Positions 29,453 to 42,078 of a stretch of 64,000 nucleotides of DNA are shown piece after piece. Source of the stretch: Candidatus Sericytochromatia bacterium (GTDB taxonomy: Bacteria; Cyanobacteriota; Sericytochromatia; S15B-MN24; JAQBPE01). The translations under genes and the position numbers were made by a program. Where the stretch lies: positions 123,650 through 187,649 of the forward strand of contig JBBAPZ010000002.1 in assembly GCA_040400605.1 (NCBI GenBank). Reading direction: 5' to 3'. The first letter of the stretch is position 1; each line of letters begins with the position of its first letter. The notes beneath the pieces are model-generated. The model ran no database searches, was not told the origin of the DNA, and was given only the letters and a program-made list of their open reading frames with translations.

Positions 29453-30544
29453 ATGTCAACGATACGCAGGGATAAGCCGACGCCACCAACGGCTAGACAG
29501 GCTCAGCCTAAGGCGGGTACGCCCGAAATGGGAGAGGCGGCTGCCGATTGGCTGGTTTCGCGCATTGCTGCCGATCCCGGTACCGGTGGGACCGTCGTGA
29601 ATGTAGCGGGCGCCATCGGCAGTGTCAAGGCCGGGGATGCCTACGGCACGGCTTTGGCGGCCAGGGATGTGATGACCAGGGTTGCGCCGACACTTTCCAA
29701 AACGGTTGTGGGGGTGGGCTTGGATGCTGTTGTCTTGACCAGCGGTGTCCGTCGTTTAGGGCAGAAGCAGGCCAACGTTGAAAAGGGTCTTCAACAGTTG
29801 GCCAAGCCATCCCAAAACCGTTGGCAAGGCTTGTATACGATTAGTTTGGCAGGTCAGCAGTGGGCGTTGATGGGGCGGGCGTTGGTCAATGCGCTTGTGC
29901 GACTTACTACGTGGATGCTGAAGGGATTGAGCGGCTTGCCTTGGGTGGGGCCGTTTGCGCTGGTAGGGTTGCAACAGATTGCGCGGGTTTCGGGTTCGCC
30001 GGTCGGGCAGGTGCTGAAGCAGCTCAACCGGTGGATTCCGCTGTTGAATGTGGCGTTTGTGGTGCTGGCGGCTCGTACGGCAGTGCAGGTGTGCCGCGAT
30101 CCGAATAGTTCGGCTGGCACGAAGGCGCTTGCAATCGCCAGTGTGGGCATGGGTGTCGGGGTGGTCGCAGGCGGCTTTTTATTGACTGGTTGGAAACTGA
30201 TCGGTCTGATTGTCGCGAGTTTGGTCTTTGACGCGTTTCTGGCCAATGGTCGCGCACAGGACCGTCGGCGCGCGGACGCCGAGGCATCGACAAAGAACAG
30301 TTTGATGGATCCCCCTCAGGGCTTTAAGGTGGCGAAACAATTGGCTGTTGCAACAACGAACCACGTTCAGGAGAATGTACAAGAGGCGGTTACCAAACTC
30401 TTGGACAAAGATGCCGCAACGCCTGCTGCCAAGCCTGCACCTGGCGTCAAGACGGCTGGTGGGCAGCCTGCGCAAGCGCCTGAGCCATCCAGGAATTCAC
30501 GACGGCCTGACGCGGCTAGGCCCCGCGCTCAATCGACCAGGTAG
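29453..30544 (+). CDS. hypothetical membrane protein
   Basis: Long ORF with several hydrophobic/amphipathic helices and disordered termini. Confidence 0.75.
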   Translation: MSTIRRDKPTPPTARQAQPKAGTPEMGEAAADWLVSRIAADPGTGGTVVNVAGAIGSVKAGDAYGTALAARDVMTRVAPTLSKTVVGVGLDAVVLTSGVRRLGQKQANVEKGLQQLAKPSQNRWQGLYTISLAGQQWALMGRALVNALVRLTTWMLKGLSGLPWVGPFALVGLQQIARVSGSPVGQVLKQLNRWIPLLNVAFVVLAARTAVQVCRDPNSSAGTKALAIASVGMGVGVVAGGFLLTGWKLIGLIVASLVFDAFLANGRAQDRRRADAEASTKNSLMDPPQGFKVAKQLAVATTNHVQENVQEAVTKLLDKDAATPAAKPAPGVKTAGGQPAQAPEPSRNSRRPDAARPRAQSTR

Positions 30545-31427
30545 CCCAGTCTTTTGAGACTGTTTTTGTCCTTGCGCCAGTTTTTGAGCACTTTGACCCA
30601 CAACTCGAGGAAAACCGGTGCCTGAAGTTGTTGTTCAATCTGCAGGCGTGCGCCCTGACCAACCGCTTTGAGGCGGCTGCCACCTTCGCCGATGACGATG
30701 CCTTTTTGGCTGTCGCGTTCCACGAAAATGGTGGCTTGAATGTGCACGGGGCTGCGGGATTCATCGAAGGTGTCGATACGCACCGCAACGGCATGGGGAA
30801 TCTCATCGCTGGTGGTGCGCAGGATCTGTTCGCGAATCAATTCCCCGGCGATGCTGCGCAGGCTTTGGTCGGTCGGGACGTCTTCATCGTAGTAGTGCGG
30901 GCCTGGTGGTAAAAGGTCCGTGATTTTTTTCAACAAGGTAGCGGTGTTGCGGCCGGTGCGCGCCGAGAGTGGCACGACTGCTGCAAAGGGCGCAAGGGCG
31001 CGATAACTGGCAAATATCGCTTCGGGCACCTGTTTGAGGCGATCGACTTTGTTGAGCACCAAAATGGTGGGTTTTGGGCTTTGGTTGAGCAAATCGGCGA
31101 CAAATTGATCACCGCGACCGGCTGGTTCCTGACAGTCGACCAGCAAAATCCGGACATCGACGTGAGCCAGGCTATCGACGGCCGCTTTGACAATCTGCTC
31201 GCCGAGCAAATGATGGGGCTTGTGAATGCCGGGGGTGTCCACGAACACCATTTGCACGTCAGGACGAGTGATGACGCCTTGCAATGTGTGGCGGGTGGTT
31301 TGCGGTTTGTCACTCACAATCGCGATTTTTTGACCGACGAGGCGATTAAGGAGGGTGGATTTACCGACATTTGGGCGTCCGACGATCGCAACGAAGCCGG
31401 AACGAAAGGGCTCCTGTTTTGCCTTGC

Positions 31428-31431
<4 letters not shown>
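30529..31431 (-). CDS. era: GTPase Era
   Basis: GRPNVGKS, QTTR, DTPG, NKVD, KH domain GIVIGEGG. Confidence 0.97.
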
Positions 31432-33523
<2,092 letters not shown>

Positions 33524-33625
33524 TTACCGACGAGACACTCATACCACGAATTGCCCGGCTTTGCACCGAGTCAACGCAAGACTTGCGACGCGACAACAAC
33601 GTTTTGACGATCGCTTCCGCCTCGA

Positions 33626-34951
33626 TTACGCCTGAGCGCCATCGTTCAGACTGGGAGCCAGTTCCGGGTTCAACGGGGCCGTGTTGCGCCGCCAAATGCG
33701 AATGCGGGCCGCGTGACGGTTATCCACCCGTTCGATGCGCAAGCGTACCCCATCATGCGTCACTTCCTCCCCCATCACCGGCGCGCGGCCCAACAAGCCA
33801 ACCACAAATCCACCAATGGTATCGAAATCGGTCTGCGGGAGTTTCACGCCCAACGCATTGAAGACATCATCCATATTTGCCACACCATCCACCACGAGTG
33901 TCCCGTCTGGCTGCGCCTCGATTTCAAGCTCTTCTTCCGCATCGTATTCGTCGTGAATCTCACCCACGATTTCTTCAAGGATATCTTCGATCGTCACCAG
34001 TCCCGCCGTGCCTCCGAACTCGTCCAACACAATGGCGAGGTGCACCTTGGCGGAACGCATTTCCTTGAGCATTTCATCCACTTTCTTCGTCTCGGGCACG
34101 TGATATGCCGGTCGAATGAGGTCAGATGGAATCCGCTCGGGACGATAATTACCCTGTAAAATTCCCAGCATGTCCTTGACGTACACCAGGCCTACGATGT
34201 TATCGCTTGAATCCTGATAAACAGGAATCCGTGAGTGGCCCTCCACAATCGCGATGCGCACCGCTTCATCAAACGAAGCTTCAACTGGCAAACAAACCAT
34301 TCGGATGCGCGGCACCATCACTTCACGCGCCAAGGTCTCTCCCAAGCCGATGACGGACTGAATCATCTCCGTCTCAGACTGCTCCAACTGATTCGTAAAG
34401 CCCATGTCAGCCAACGCCTGCGTGAGCGCCGGATCAGGCACCACAGGCAGACGCATTTCTAAATCACCTTTCAGCCAAACTGCACGCATCAGCATACGGC
34501 CGACTCCCAACAACACTGATACCGGCCAGGACAACCCCGTCATTAACACCCGCAACATCCAAGACATCCGGTACAGCGTCGCCTCAGGCGCCAGCGCTGC
34601 CCAAGCGGTCGGCAAAATCCGCACCAACAGTGCCAGCCCCACGACCGCCAAAACAGCCAAGACAAGCGCCAGCCAATGGGTCGTCACCCCCGGCCCACTC
34701 TCGTACCACCAAGCAGCGACCACTTGGCTTAACACGACCCACGCGCTCATCTCCGTCAGCCAGAGACTGACCGCCAGTTTTTCACGCTGTTCCACCAGTG
34801 AGCGCACGAGGCGCGCTGCGGATAGTCCCCCTTCTGCCGAAGCTTGAAGCTGCGCCTGATTAACCGCGACCAGCGCCGCCTTGGTGGCGGCAAGCGCCGC
34901 CAGAACAATCAAACAGACTACCATCACCATGAAACAGGTACCGCCATCCAT
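33626..34951 (-). CDS. HlyC/CorC (CNNM) family protein
   Basis: DUF21-like TM region, CBS pair (HSRIPVY, DEFGGTAGLVTIED), CorC_HlyC C-terminal domain. Confidence 0.92.
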   Translation of the reverse strand: MDGGTCFMVMVVCLIVLAALAATKAALVAVNQAQLQASAEGGLSAARLVRSLVEQREKLAVSLWLTEMSAWVVLSQVVAAWWYESGPGVTTHWLALVLAVLAVVGLALLVRILPTAWAALAPEATLYRMSWMLRVLMTGLSWPVSVLLGVGRMLMRAVWLKGDLEMRLPVVPDPALTQALADMGFTNQLEQSETEMIQSVIGLGETLAREVMVPRIRMVCLPVEASFDEAVRIAIVEGHSRIPVYQDSSDNIVGLVYVKDMLGILQGNYRPERIPSDLIRPAYHVPETKKVDEMLKEMRSAKVHLAIVLDEFGGTAGLVTIEDILEEIVGEIHDEYDAEEELEIEAQPDGTLVVDGVANMDDVFNALGVKLPQTDFDTIGGFVVGLLGRAPVMGEEVTHDGVRLRIERVDNRHAARIRIWRRNTAPLNPELAPSLNDGAQA

Positions 34952-35804
34952 CGAATTGACGGCCTCACTGGCAGGGTCAGGAATGACAGTCTCCTTTCGC
35001 ACGCGCGCAACACGCTACGCGCCAACTCAATAAACATTGTCGTTATTATACCACACGCATTCAGCAGATAAGGGGGTGATCGCGGAAACCCTTCGATTGA
35101 CCGCTCAGACTGACTGATTCCGACACCATCACAACGCCAAAAGACCACGCAATGGTGGCACCGAACGCAGAATATTAAAAAGATCCATTAAACAATCAGT
35201 GATGCTGATGCTTGGGTGATCGCGCGTGCAGGAGAGCCTCGTGGCACTGTTTGAGAATAACCCCGACAATCTGTTGCCTGAAGGCACGTGATATCTCTGT
35301 CTTGATCTTAGTGTCAGGTATCCGCCAGTCACGTTTTACCATCGGGGCGAACAGCAATGGGCATTGTGCGAACGCACGGTTGATGGCGATCGTGATCTGA
35401 ACACGTCTGTCCTGATAAACACGAGAGGCATACCCGGAAACTCACGATTTGCGGTGCGGCTGCACGTTCCGTGTTTCCCAATCGTTCACCGCAACCCGAT
35501 TGGCCCCTCAGCCAAAACACCGGGGAGCCTGTCACACGGTTGCCATTATTCGTTTCGTCGAGTCACGAATCCACTCTGCCTGACAGCTGCCAATGTCGTG
35601 AATCGCTATCAGAGCGAAAGATTTGGCGTGGCGCCCTGTGGATGGTCGCGTTAACTACCCTTTTTTAATGTTTATTTAAATATTTTTAACGCAAGATGTA
35701 CGACTTGATGACGTATATAAAGCTCGTCAAGGTTGGGTACACGGTCTTTCGGTTGGCGAGTAACCCGTAGGACCCGTGATTCAGAGAGAATAAGGAGAAA
35801 CCTC

Positions 35805-36194
35805 ATGGGTGTAGCGAGTTTGTTGAAGTTTGTTGCTGCGGATCCTCGTTTGCAGGCAATGGTTCCCGAGGATTGGGCTGCAAAGGTTCGGTCCGGCAAA
35901 GCGAAGATTAACCTGCAGCCTGGAAGTTCCTTGGGGGGTGGAACTGAATTGGTATATACGACTGATGCATGGAGGTCCACCCGTGTTGCCCAGTTCCGGG
36001 AAGATAGCATCAACCCGGCAAGATCTGGCTTTGTGCTGCAAGACGTTAAGCCTGGCACCCGAATTGAGGGTGCGATTCATGCTGATCTTGTACTCACTGA
36101 CCCATCAAGTCGCTATAGCTTAGCCCGGATGAATCCCTGGATAAAGGACGGTCCGAATAACTTCTTTGACACGGCCGCGGCATTTCCAGAGTAA
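35805..36194 (+). CDS. hypothetical protein (possible CBM21-like Ig fold)
   Basis: RBS TAAGGAG; YTTDAW motif; C-terminal W..DGPNNF. Confidence 0.65.
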   Translation: MGVASLLKFVAADPRLQAMVPEDWAAKVRSGKAKINLQPGSSLGGGTELVYTTDAWRSTRVAQFREDSINPARSGFVLQDVKPGTRIEGAIHADLVLTDPSSRYSLARMNPWIKDGPNNFFDTAAAFPE

Positions 36195-36587
36195 CTGATC
36201 CTGAGGCGGTTTGCGTGATGATTTTGGAACGTCAAAATCTTGTCCTTGCTTGACCGCCGGAAACATTTATGTTGTCGATAATGGGCGTTCGGCGTTATAC
36301 GGCCTGAACGCCCATTGCCTCGCCAAAGGGTCTCAGATAGTAAAATGCCTGAAATGTTCGGCGCAACGGCATCAAACATGCTGCTTTAGAACCCGCAGTT
36401 GCAGAAACTATCAGCGACATACGATTTTGCGGGGGCGAATGTGTTTGTCGCGCACGCGACAGACAGCTTGCCACGATGACTTAGAAGCTGATGGCAGACT
36501 GCCTTGCATAAAATGAATATCAACCTTTGGGTTCCTGTGCGGCGATTCTCGCACAGTGTACGTTTCTGGGCGTTGGTCGGCGTGGGA

Positions 36588-37034
36588 TTACACCGACGCC
36601 CGCACGGGCAAAAGGGAGGAGTGCGCATCGGGGTTGGCACGCAACGCCATGATTTCGTTGTCGTAGGCATCCACGTGGTTGGCGAGGGTAGTGAGTGCGA
36701 CGTGAAATTCGCTGTAATCGAGATCCGCTGTCGGTAGATCCACCATGGCAAAGACTGAGCCATCTTCCATCTGACAGAATTTTGTCAATGGAATGAGGCC
36801 ATTCAAGCGGAGCAGGTGTTCCTGCAAGGCACGTTCGCAGCCGGCTCGGGGGGCTTGGCACACCACGCTGCGGAAGGTGATCCAGTTTTCCTCGTCGTGT
36901 GAAATGAAAACTTCGTGGACTTGAATGTCGCCTGGGAAGCGGGTCACCCACAAGTGGTTATCGATGCGTTCAAAGGGCCATTCCATCTGGATGAAAAAAT
37001 TATCGATACGGTCCGCGATCGAAGCCATGTCCAT
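36588..37034 (-). CDS. YbjN/CesT-like (type III chaperone fold) protein
   Basis: Acidic 148 aa protein; LLRLN...KF motif; RBS AGGAGGAG. Confidence 0.75.
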   Translation of the reverse strand: MDMASIADRIDNFFIQMEWPFERIDNHLWVTRFPGDIQVHEVFISHDEENWITFRSVVCQAPRAGCERALQEHLLRLNGLIPLTKFCQMEDGSVFAMVDLPTADLDYSEFHVALTTLANHVDAYDNEIMALRANPDAHSSLLPVRASV

Positions 37035-37425
37035 CTCCTCCTAGCACCTTGCCTTGGCGTTGTGTCCTTCACTATAGCCAAACTTGCCCTGGCTAACAAG
37101 TTACGCGCTTGGTGCCCCTGTGACTTTTAAAGGAATTCTTCCTGACCGCTTGATTGGATGAATCCTGTCACAAGCGCTCTGTTCGGTTCCTCGCACGAGA
37201 CAGGCGAAAGGGCACTTGCCTTGTGACGCTCATACCGCGTTCATGGCGATCGATGCTGGGCGTCTGGAAGGCTTTTGATCGCTTATACGGAAACACGTTG
37301 ATGTGTTGATCAAATATTGACTATTGTTCAAAAACAGCGAGTCAGTTTCTGATGTGTTTGAATTGGCCACATAAGTTTTGAACAGAAACCGATGCGTCAT
37401 TGTATCGTGCTTCAATGCCAGCCAT

Positions 37426-38385
37426 TCACAGACGCGCCGACTGAAACTGGCGCAGACCCAGTGATTGCAGGCACGCTCCCGCCGCGCCCACCGCTCCCGC
37501 CGTTTCGCCCAGGCTCGCGAGACGGACGCAATCTGCAGCCATGGGGCGATCGCCCGTCACCTCCCGCATGCGCAGCGCTTCTTGCACCAACGGCAAATAC
37601 AGCGGCTGCGTCATCACCCCACCACCCAACAACACCCGGTCGGGGTCCACCACACTGCAAACACTGACAATGCCGCACGCCAAATATCGCGCAGCCCTTT
37701 GCAAGATAGCCAATGCCCAGGCCTCCCCGGCTTTCGCGCAAGCAAAGATATCAGGCGTCGCGCCTGACCAATCAGGCCGCGCCTCGCGCGCGAGGCGGGC
37801 GATCGCCGTCCCGCTTGCATAGGCTTCCAAACATCCCCGCTGGCCACAATTGCACATGACCCCGGACGCCTCAATAATGAGGTGCCCCAACTCCCCACCC
37901 CGAAAACGACCACCCCGCAGCAACTGACCATTCACGATCAGGCCACTCCCGATGCCCGTACCCACGGTAATCACCGCCACACTCGCCATGCCCCGGCCCG
38001 CACCCAGCCACCACTCCCCAAAGGCCGCCGCATTGGCGTCATTTTCAACCACTACCGGCAAACCACATCGCGCCGTGATGGCCTCCGCGATGCGCGTGCC
38101 GGTCCAGCCCGGGATGTTGGGCGACGCGTAGGCAATCAGCCCCTGGATGTGATCCACCTGCCCGGCAGCACTCACCCCCACGCCACGCAGGCGATCGCGA
38201 CGCTCCAGTGGCAACTGGGCGATCGCCCCATCCACCGCCTCAAGCACGCTACCCAGCACAACCTGCGACCCGCGCGTGGCCTCAGTGGGCGTCCGCGCCT
38301 CATACACCACGGCTCCCGTGGCATCCACCACCACGGTCAGAATCTTGGTGCCACCAATGTCAATTCCCACTGCCAGTTCATGCAT
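37426..38385 (-). CDS. ROK family sugar kinase (NanK/Glk-like)
   Basis: GIDIGGT, ENDANAA, GELGH, CNCGQRGCLE. Confidence 0.92.
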   Translation of the reverse strand: MHELAVGIDIGGTKILTVVVDATGAVVYEARTPTEATRGSQVVLGSVLEAVDGAIAQLPLERRDRLRGVGVSAAGQVDHIQGLIAYASPNIPGWTGTRIAEAITARCGLPVVVENDANAAAFGEWWLGAGRGMASVAVITVGTGIGSGLIVNGQLLRGGRFRGGELGHLIIEASGVMCNCGQRGCLEAYASGTAIARLAREARPDWSGATPDIFACAKAGEAWALAILQRAARYLACGIVSVCSVVDPDRVLLGGGVMTQPLYLPLVQEALRMREVTGDRPMAADCVRLASLGETAGAVGAAGACLQSLGLRQFQSARL

Positions 38386-38549
38386 GCCTTTATTAAAACA
38401 AAGCATGCCCACCTCTGTCCAAGCCGCGGGGTAACGGAATGGAAGCAGGCGTCACGGACCGTTTTTTAAACGCAAACAGCACCGAGTTAGCCAGTGTGCC
38501 CGCTTTCAACCAACCACAGACACCCGTTGCGACACGCTTGCACCGGGGG

Positions 38550-39221
38550 TCACAGGGACTGGATGGCGGTCGTAAAGCGGCGGGTGATGAGTTGCGGGCG
38601 GGTGATCGCAGACCCCACCACCACCGCCCACGCCCCTTGACGCAAAGCCCGAGCGGCTTGAATTGGCTCCCAAATCCGCCCTTCCATGACAACCGGCACC
38701 GACACGCTCGCAAGCAGGCCCGTCAACAAATCCCAGTCCGGTTCCGTCGGCACAGGCCCACCCGTGTAGCCTGACAGCGTCGGACCCACGCAATCCGCCC
38801 CAGACGCCACCGCGGCGATGCCTTCTTCCAGATTGCTCACATCCGCCATCACCGGGCGTTGCAACGTCTCTTGAATGTAGCGAATCAACGCGTGCACAGG
38901 CACCGGACGTTCCCGCATCGTCGCATCGATCGCAACAATGTCCGCGCCCGCTGCAACCACTGCTCGGGCTGCTTCAAACGTGGGCGTGATGCACACCCCA
39001 CCAGGGGCGACCTTCCATAACCCGATCAACGGCACCCCAACCGCCGCACGGATGGCCTCAATGTCAGCCGGACCTTCACACCGCAGCCCAGCCGCTCCGC
39101 CTTCGATGGCCGCACGGGCCATCGCCACCATGTGCATCGCACCGTGCAAGGGTTCGTTAGCCTGAGCCTGCGCCGAGACGATCAACTGCCCCCGCAGCTT
39201 CTCAAACAAATTCGTAAGCAC
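38550..39221 (-). CDS. nanE: N-acetylmannosamine-6-phosphate 2-epimerase
   Basis: LIVSAQA, IGLWK, ITPT, TLSGYT, VVGSAITRP. Confidence 0.93.
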   Translation of the reverse strand: MLTNLFEKLRGQLIVSAQAQANEPLHGAMHMVAMARAAIEGGAAGLRCEGPADIEAIRAAVGVPLIGLWKVAPGGVCITPTFEAARAVVAAGADIVAIDATMRERPVPVHALIRYIQETLQRPVMADVSNLEEGIAAVASGADCVGPTLSGYTGGPVPTEPDWDLLTGLLASVSVPVVMEGRIWEPIQAARALRQGAWAVVVGSAITRPQLITRRFTTAIQSL

Positions 39222-39234
39222 ATCAACGCTCCTT

Positions 39235-39930
39235 TCACGGAACAAACTTGTAGCCCGCTCCCCGCACGGAAACAAAATGGCGCGGCTCAGCTGGCGTCGC
39301 CTCGAATGCACGCCTCAAGCGCAGAACAAAGTTATCCACGGTCCTTAAGGTGATGGCATCCGAAAACCCCCAAGCCGCGTCCAGTAGCTGTTGGCGCGTC
39401 AGCACGGTACCGGGGTGCTCCAAAAAGTAACGCAGCAGCTGAAACTCCAAAGGGGTCAACTTGACCGGTACGCCTTGATGGGTCGCTTCCATGCGCTCGA
39501 AGTGAACCGTGTTGAGCCCGAAGCTGACATGGTTTTCATGCAAGATGTCCGAAGCACTCCAGCGGCGTCTGCGCAATTGCGTCTCGACACGCGCCAGCAA
39601 TTCTTCGAGGTGAAATGGTTTGGTGACGTAGTCATCCGCGCCTACCATCAAGCCTTCGACTTTGTGTGCACTGTGGTCGCGCGCCGTCAGCATCATAACG
39701 GGCATCAGCAGACCACGCTTGCGCAGGTTGCGGCAGATGTCCACCCCACTGATTCCGGGCAGCATCCAGTCCAATATCACCAAATCGACGCCCTGGGGTT
39801 CTAAAATCAAGCGCGTCAAGGCTTGCTCGCCATCAGCGATGAGCTCTACGGAATGCCCTTCGAGTTCGAGATTTAACTGCAAACCCCGCGCAATGTTGGC
39901 TTCGTCTTCGACCACCACGACATGTGCCAT
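39235..39930 (-). CDS. OmpR/PhoB family response regulator
   Basis: VEDE, LDWMLPG, GADDYVTKPF, winged helix ending VRGAGY. Confidence 0.95.
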   Translation of the reverse strand: MAHVVVVEDEANIARGLQLNLELEGHSVELIADGEQALTRLILEPQGVDLVILDWMLPGISGVDICRNLRKRGLLMPVMMLTARDHSAHKVEGLMVGADDYVTKPFHLEELLARVETQLRRRRWSASDILHENHVSFGLNTVHFERMEATHQGVPVKLTPLEFQLLRYFLEHPGTVLTRQQLLDAAWGFSDAITLRTVDNFVLRLRRAFEATPAEPRHFVSVRGAGYKFVP

Positions 39931-39932
39931 GT

Positions 39933-40898
39933 TCAGCGCCTCGCTGGAAGTGAAACGACAAAGGCTGAGCCATGCCCAAGCCCCTCGCTGTGAACGGCGA
40001 CCTTTCCACCGAGCAGGCGCAACGTCTCACGCACGATGTAGAGGCCAAGTCCGGTACCTGCGCGATTTTGCGTGCGTGAATCCGGCACGCGATAAAACCG
40101 TTGAAAAATTTTCTTGAACTGATTGGGCATCAAGCCGCGCCCTTGATCAACCACCCGCACCGTCACCCGGCCACGCACCTCTGAGCCGAGCACCACACGC
40201 ACACGCACCGGCTCATCTGAATACTTGACCGCATTATCCACCAGATTGAAAAAGACGGTCCTCAACGCGCCCGGCACCGACTCGATCACGCACGACGCGC
40301 CCATCACCGCCACCGCATCTGTCGACAGTTGATGTTTGGCGCGCACCTCCTGCGCGATTTCAGCCAACAGCGTAGTGAGATCGACCGCCTCGATGCGAGG
40401 CGCCTCAAAGCGTCCCAGCGACGCCGCCGCCAACACGCGATCCAACATCCCGTCCAAGCGTTCCAGATCCTCCAAAGCCGCACGCAAACACGCTTCTTGC
40501 TTGTCCGGATGCTCCCTCAGCCGCTGCAAGGTTTGCACCTGCAAACGCACCGACGTCAAAGGTGTCTTCAACTCGTGGGTCATCGCATCAATAAAAGCCT
40601 GCTGGGCGCGATTGAGACGAATCTGCTGCACCAGGCTGACGAAAAAGAAAACCAAACCGGCCAGGATCGCCGCGAACAACACGCAACCCAATGCCAGCAC
40701 CACCCACCGCCACCCCATCGAGAGGCCGGAGTAAGCGGGCACCTGCATCAGGTGCTGATTGTCTGACACAATCACCACGTTCCAAAGGGCAGCCAGCACC
40801 AGACAGGTCACCAGACTGATACTGCCCCAGACGATGGGGGGCGTCAAAGAAGGAGGCCCTGCGCGTCTCACAGGGCCATTATCGCACGCTTGGGCCAT
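39933..40898 (-). CDS. membrane sensor histidine kinase
   Basis: Two TM helices, HELKTPLT, NLVDNAVKY, DQGRG, GTGLGL. Confidence 0.93.
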   Translation of the reverse strand: MAQACDNGPVRRAGPPSLTPPIVWGSISLVTCLVLAALWNVVIVSDNQHLMQVPAYSGLSMGWRWVVLALGCVLFAAILAGLVFFFVSLVQQIRLNRAQQAFIDAMTHELKTPLTSVRLQVQTLQRLREHPDKQEACLRAALEDLERLDGMLDRVLAAASLGRFEAPRIEAVDLTTLLAEIAQEVRAKHQLSTDAVAVMGASCVIESVPGALRTVFFNLVDNAVKYSDEPVRVRVVLGSEVRGRVTVRVVDQGRGLMPNQFKKIFQRFYRVPDSRTQNRAGTGLGLYIVRETLRLLGGKVAVHSEGLGHGSAFVVSLPARR

Positions 40899-40944
40899 TG
40901 GTGTCATAACTTCAAGGCCAAGGTCAACGACCACGCCGTCAACC

Positions 40945-41862
40945 CTACCAAACGACGTTGCGAACAAGCCCCACTTTTTCGAGTGACCAGACAACAATCT
41001 TGGTGGGATCGACTTCAAACCAGCGCGTGCCGTGTGCCGTTGCCCGTGGCGACGCATGGTGATTGTTGTGATAACCTTCCCCCAAGGCTAAAATTCCGAG
41101 CAAGGGCACATTCACACTGTCATCACTGGTCTCATGGTTGCGGTAACCCGCCCAACGCAAGTGACACACGGAATTGATGCTCCAGGTGACATGATGCTTC
41201 AGCACCAGGGGCAGATAGAACGCCCAGCACACACCCGCCCAACCCAACGTGGCGTAAACGGTGCAGGCGACAAGAATGTGCGGGATAAACATGATGACCG
41301 GATTCTCGAACGCCCGGTTGTACCAGTCTTTCCGGACATCGCGCGCCAATTCACGGGTTTGTGCGGAAAACTCGATCGAATTGCGCAGAAACCACTCCAT
41401 GTGAGCGCCCCAAAAACCCAAATGCCGGGGACTGTGGAGGTCGTTGGGCTTGTCCGATGCACGGTGGTGATGCCTGTGATCACCCACCCAGCCAACAGGA
41501 TCACCACCCAGACCCACCACGGCACCCAATGCGCCCAAAAACCGCAACGGCTCCACCATCTCGAAACCCTTGTGCGTCAAATGACGATGCAAATAAAGCG
41601 TGACGCTGAAGCCGAACCACAAGTACATCCCGAGACCCACCACGAGGTAGCTTGCCTCAAAGGGTAACCCAAAAGCCATCAATGCCGCCAAGTGCGCAAA
41701 TCCGACAACCAAGACCACCACCCGATTCCACGATTGGGCGCGCAAATAGGTCAGATAATGCACGGTTCCCAGATTAAAGCCCTGCTCCTGATTGATTGTC
41801 GTGGCGTCGATTGAGGGGTCACTCACCACGACGTGTGCGTCCTTATGTTCGATTTCAAGCAT
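40945..41862 (-). CDS. delta-9 type fatty acid desaturase
   Basis: His boxes HRHLTH, HRHHH, HNNHH; WFEVDPT. Confidence 0.92.
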   Translation of the reverse strand: MLEIEHKDAHVVVSDPSIDATTINQEQGFNLGTVHYLTYLRAQSWNRVVVLVVGFAHLAALMAFGLPFEASYLVVGLGMYLWFGFSVTLYLHRHLTHKGFEMVEPLRFLGALGAVVGLGGDPVGWVGDHRHHHRASDKPNDLHSPRHLGFWGAHMEWFLRNSIEFSAQTRELARDVRKDWYNRAFENPVIMFIPHILVACTVYATLGWAGVCWAFYLPLVLKHHVTWSINSVCHLRWAGYRNHETSDDSVNVPLLGILALGEGYHNNHHASPRATAHGTRWFEVDPTKIVVWSLEKVGLVRNVVW

Positions 41863-42078
41863 GCCGCCAACTCCTTTCTAAATTTTGATCAATTCCGGCA
41901 AGCATTATGACTGATGATGCAGCGTCGGGGTGTCACCGCTTTGTCACGGTGTGTCATGGTTTGGTCATTGATGATTGATTGACACAGGTGGTCAGTGCAG
42001 CGATACTCTGTGGGTTGCTTGACGCCTTGGGAGGGTGACTGGTCCTTTCGGGTACAAGGGGCAAAGGGAGGTTTTGAC

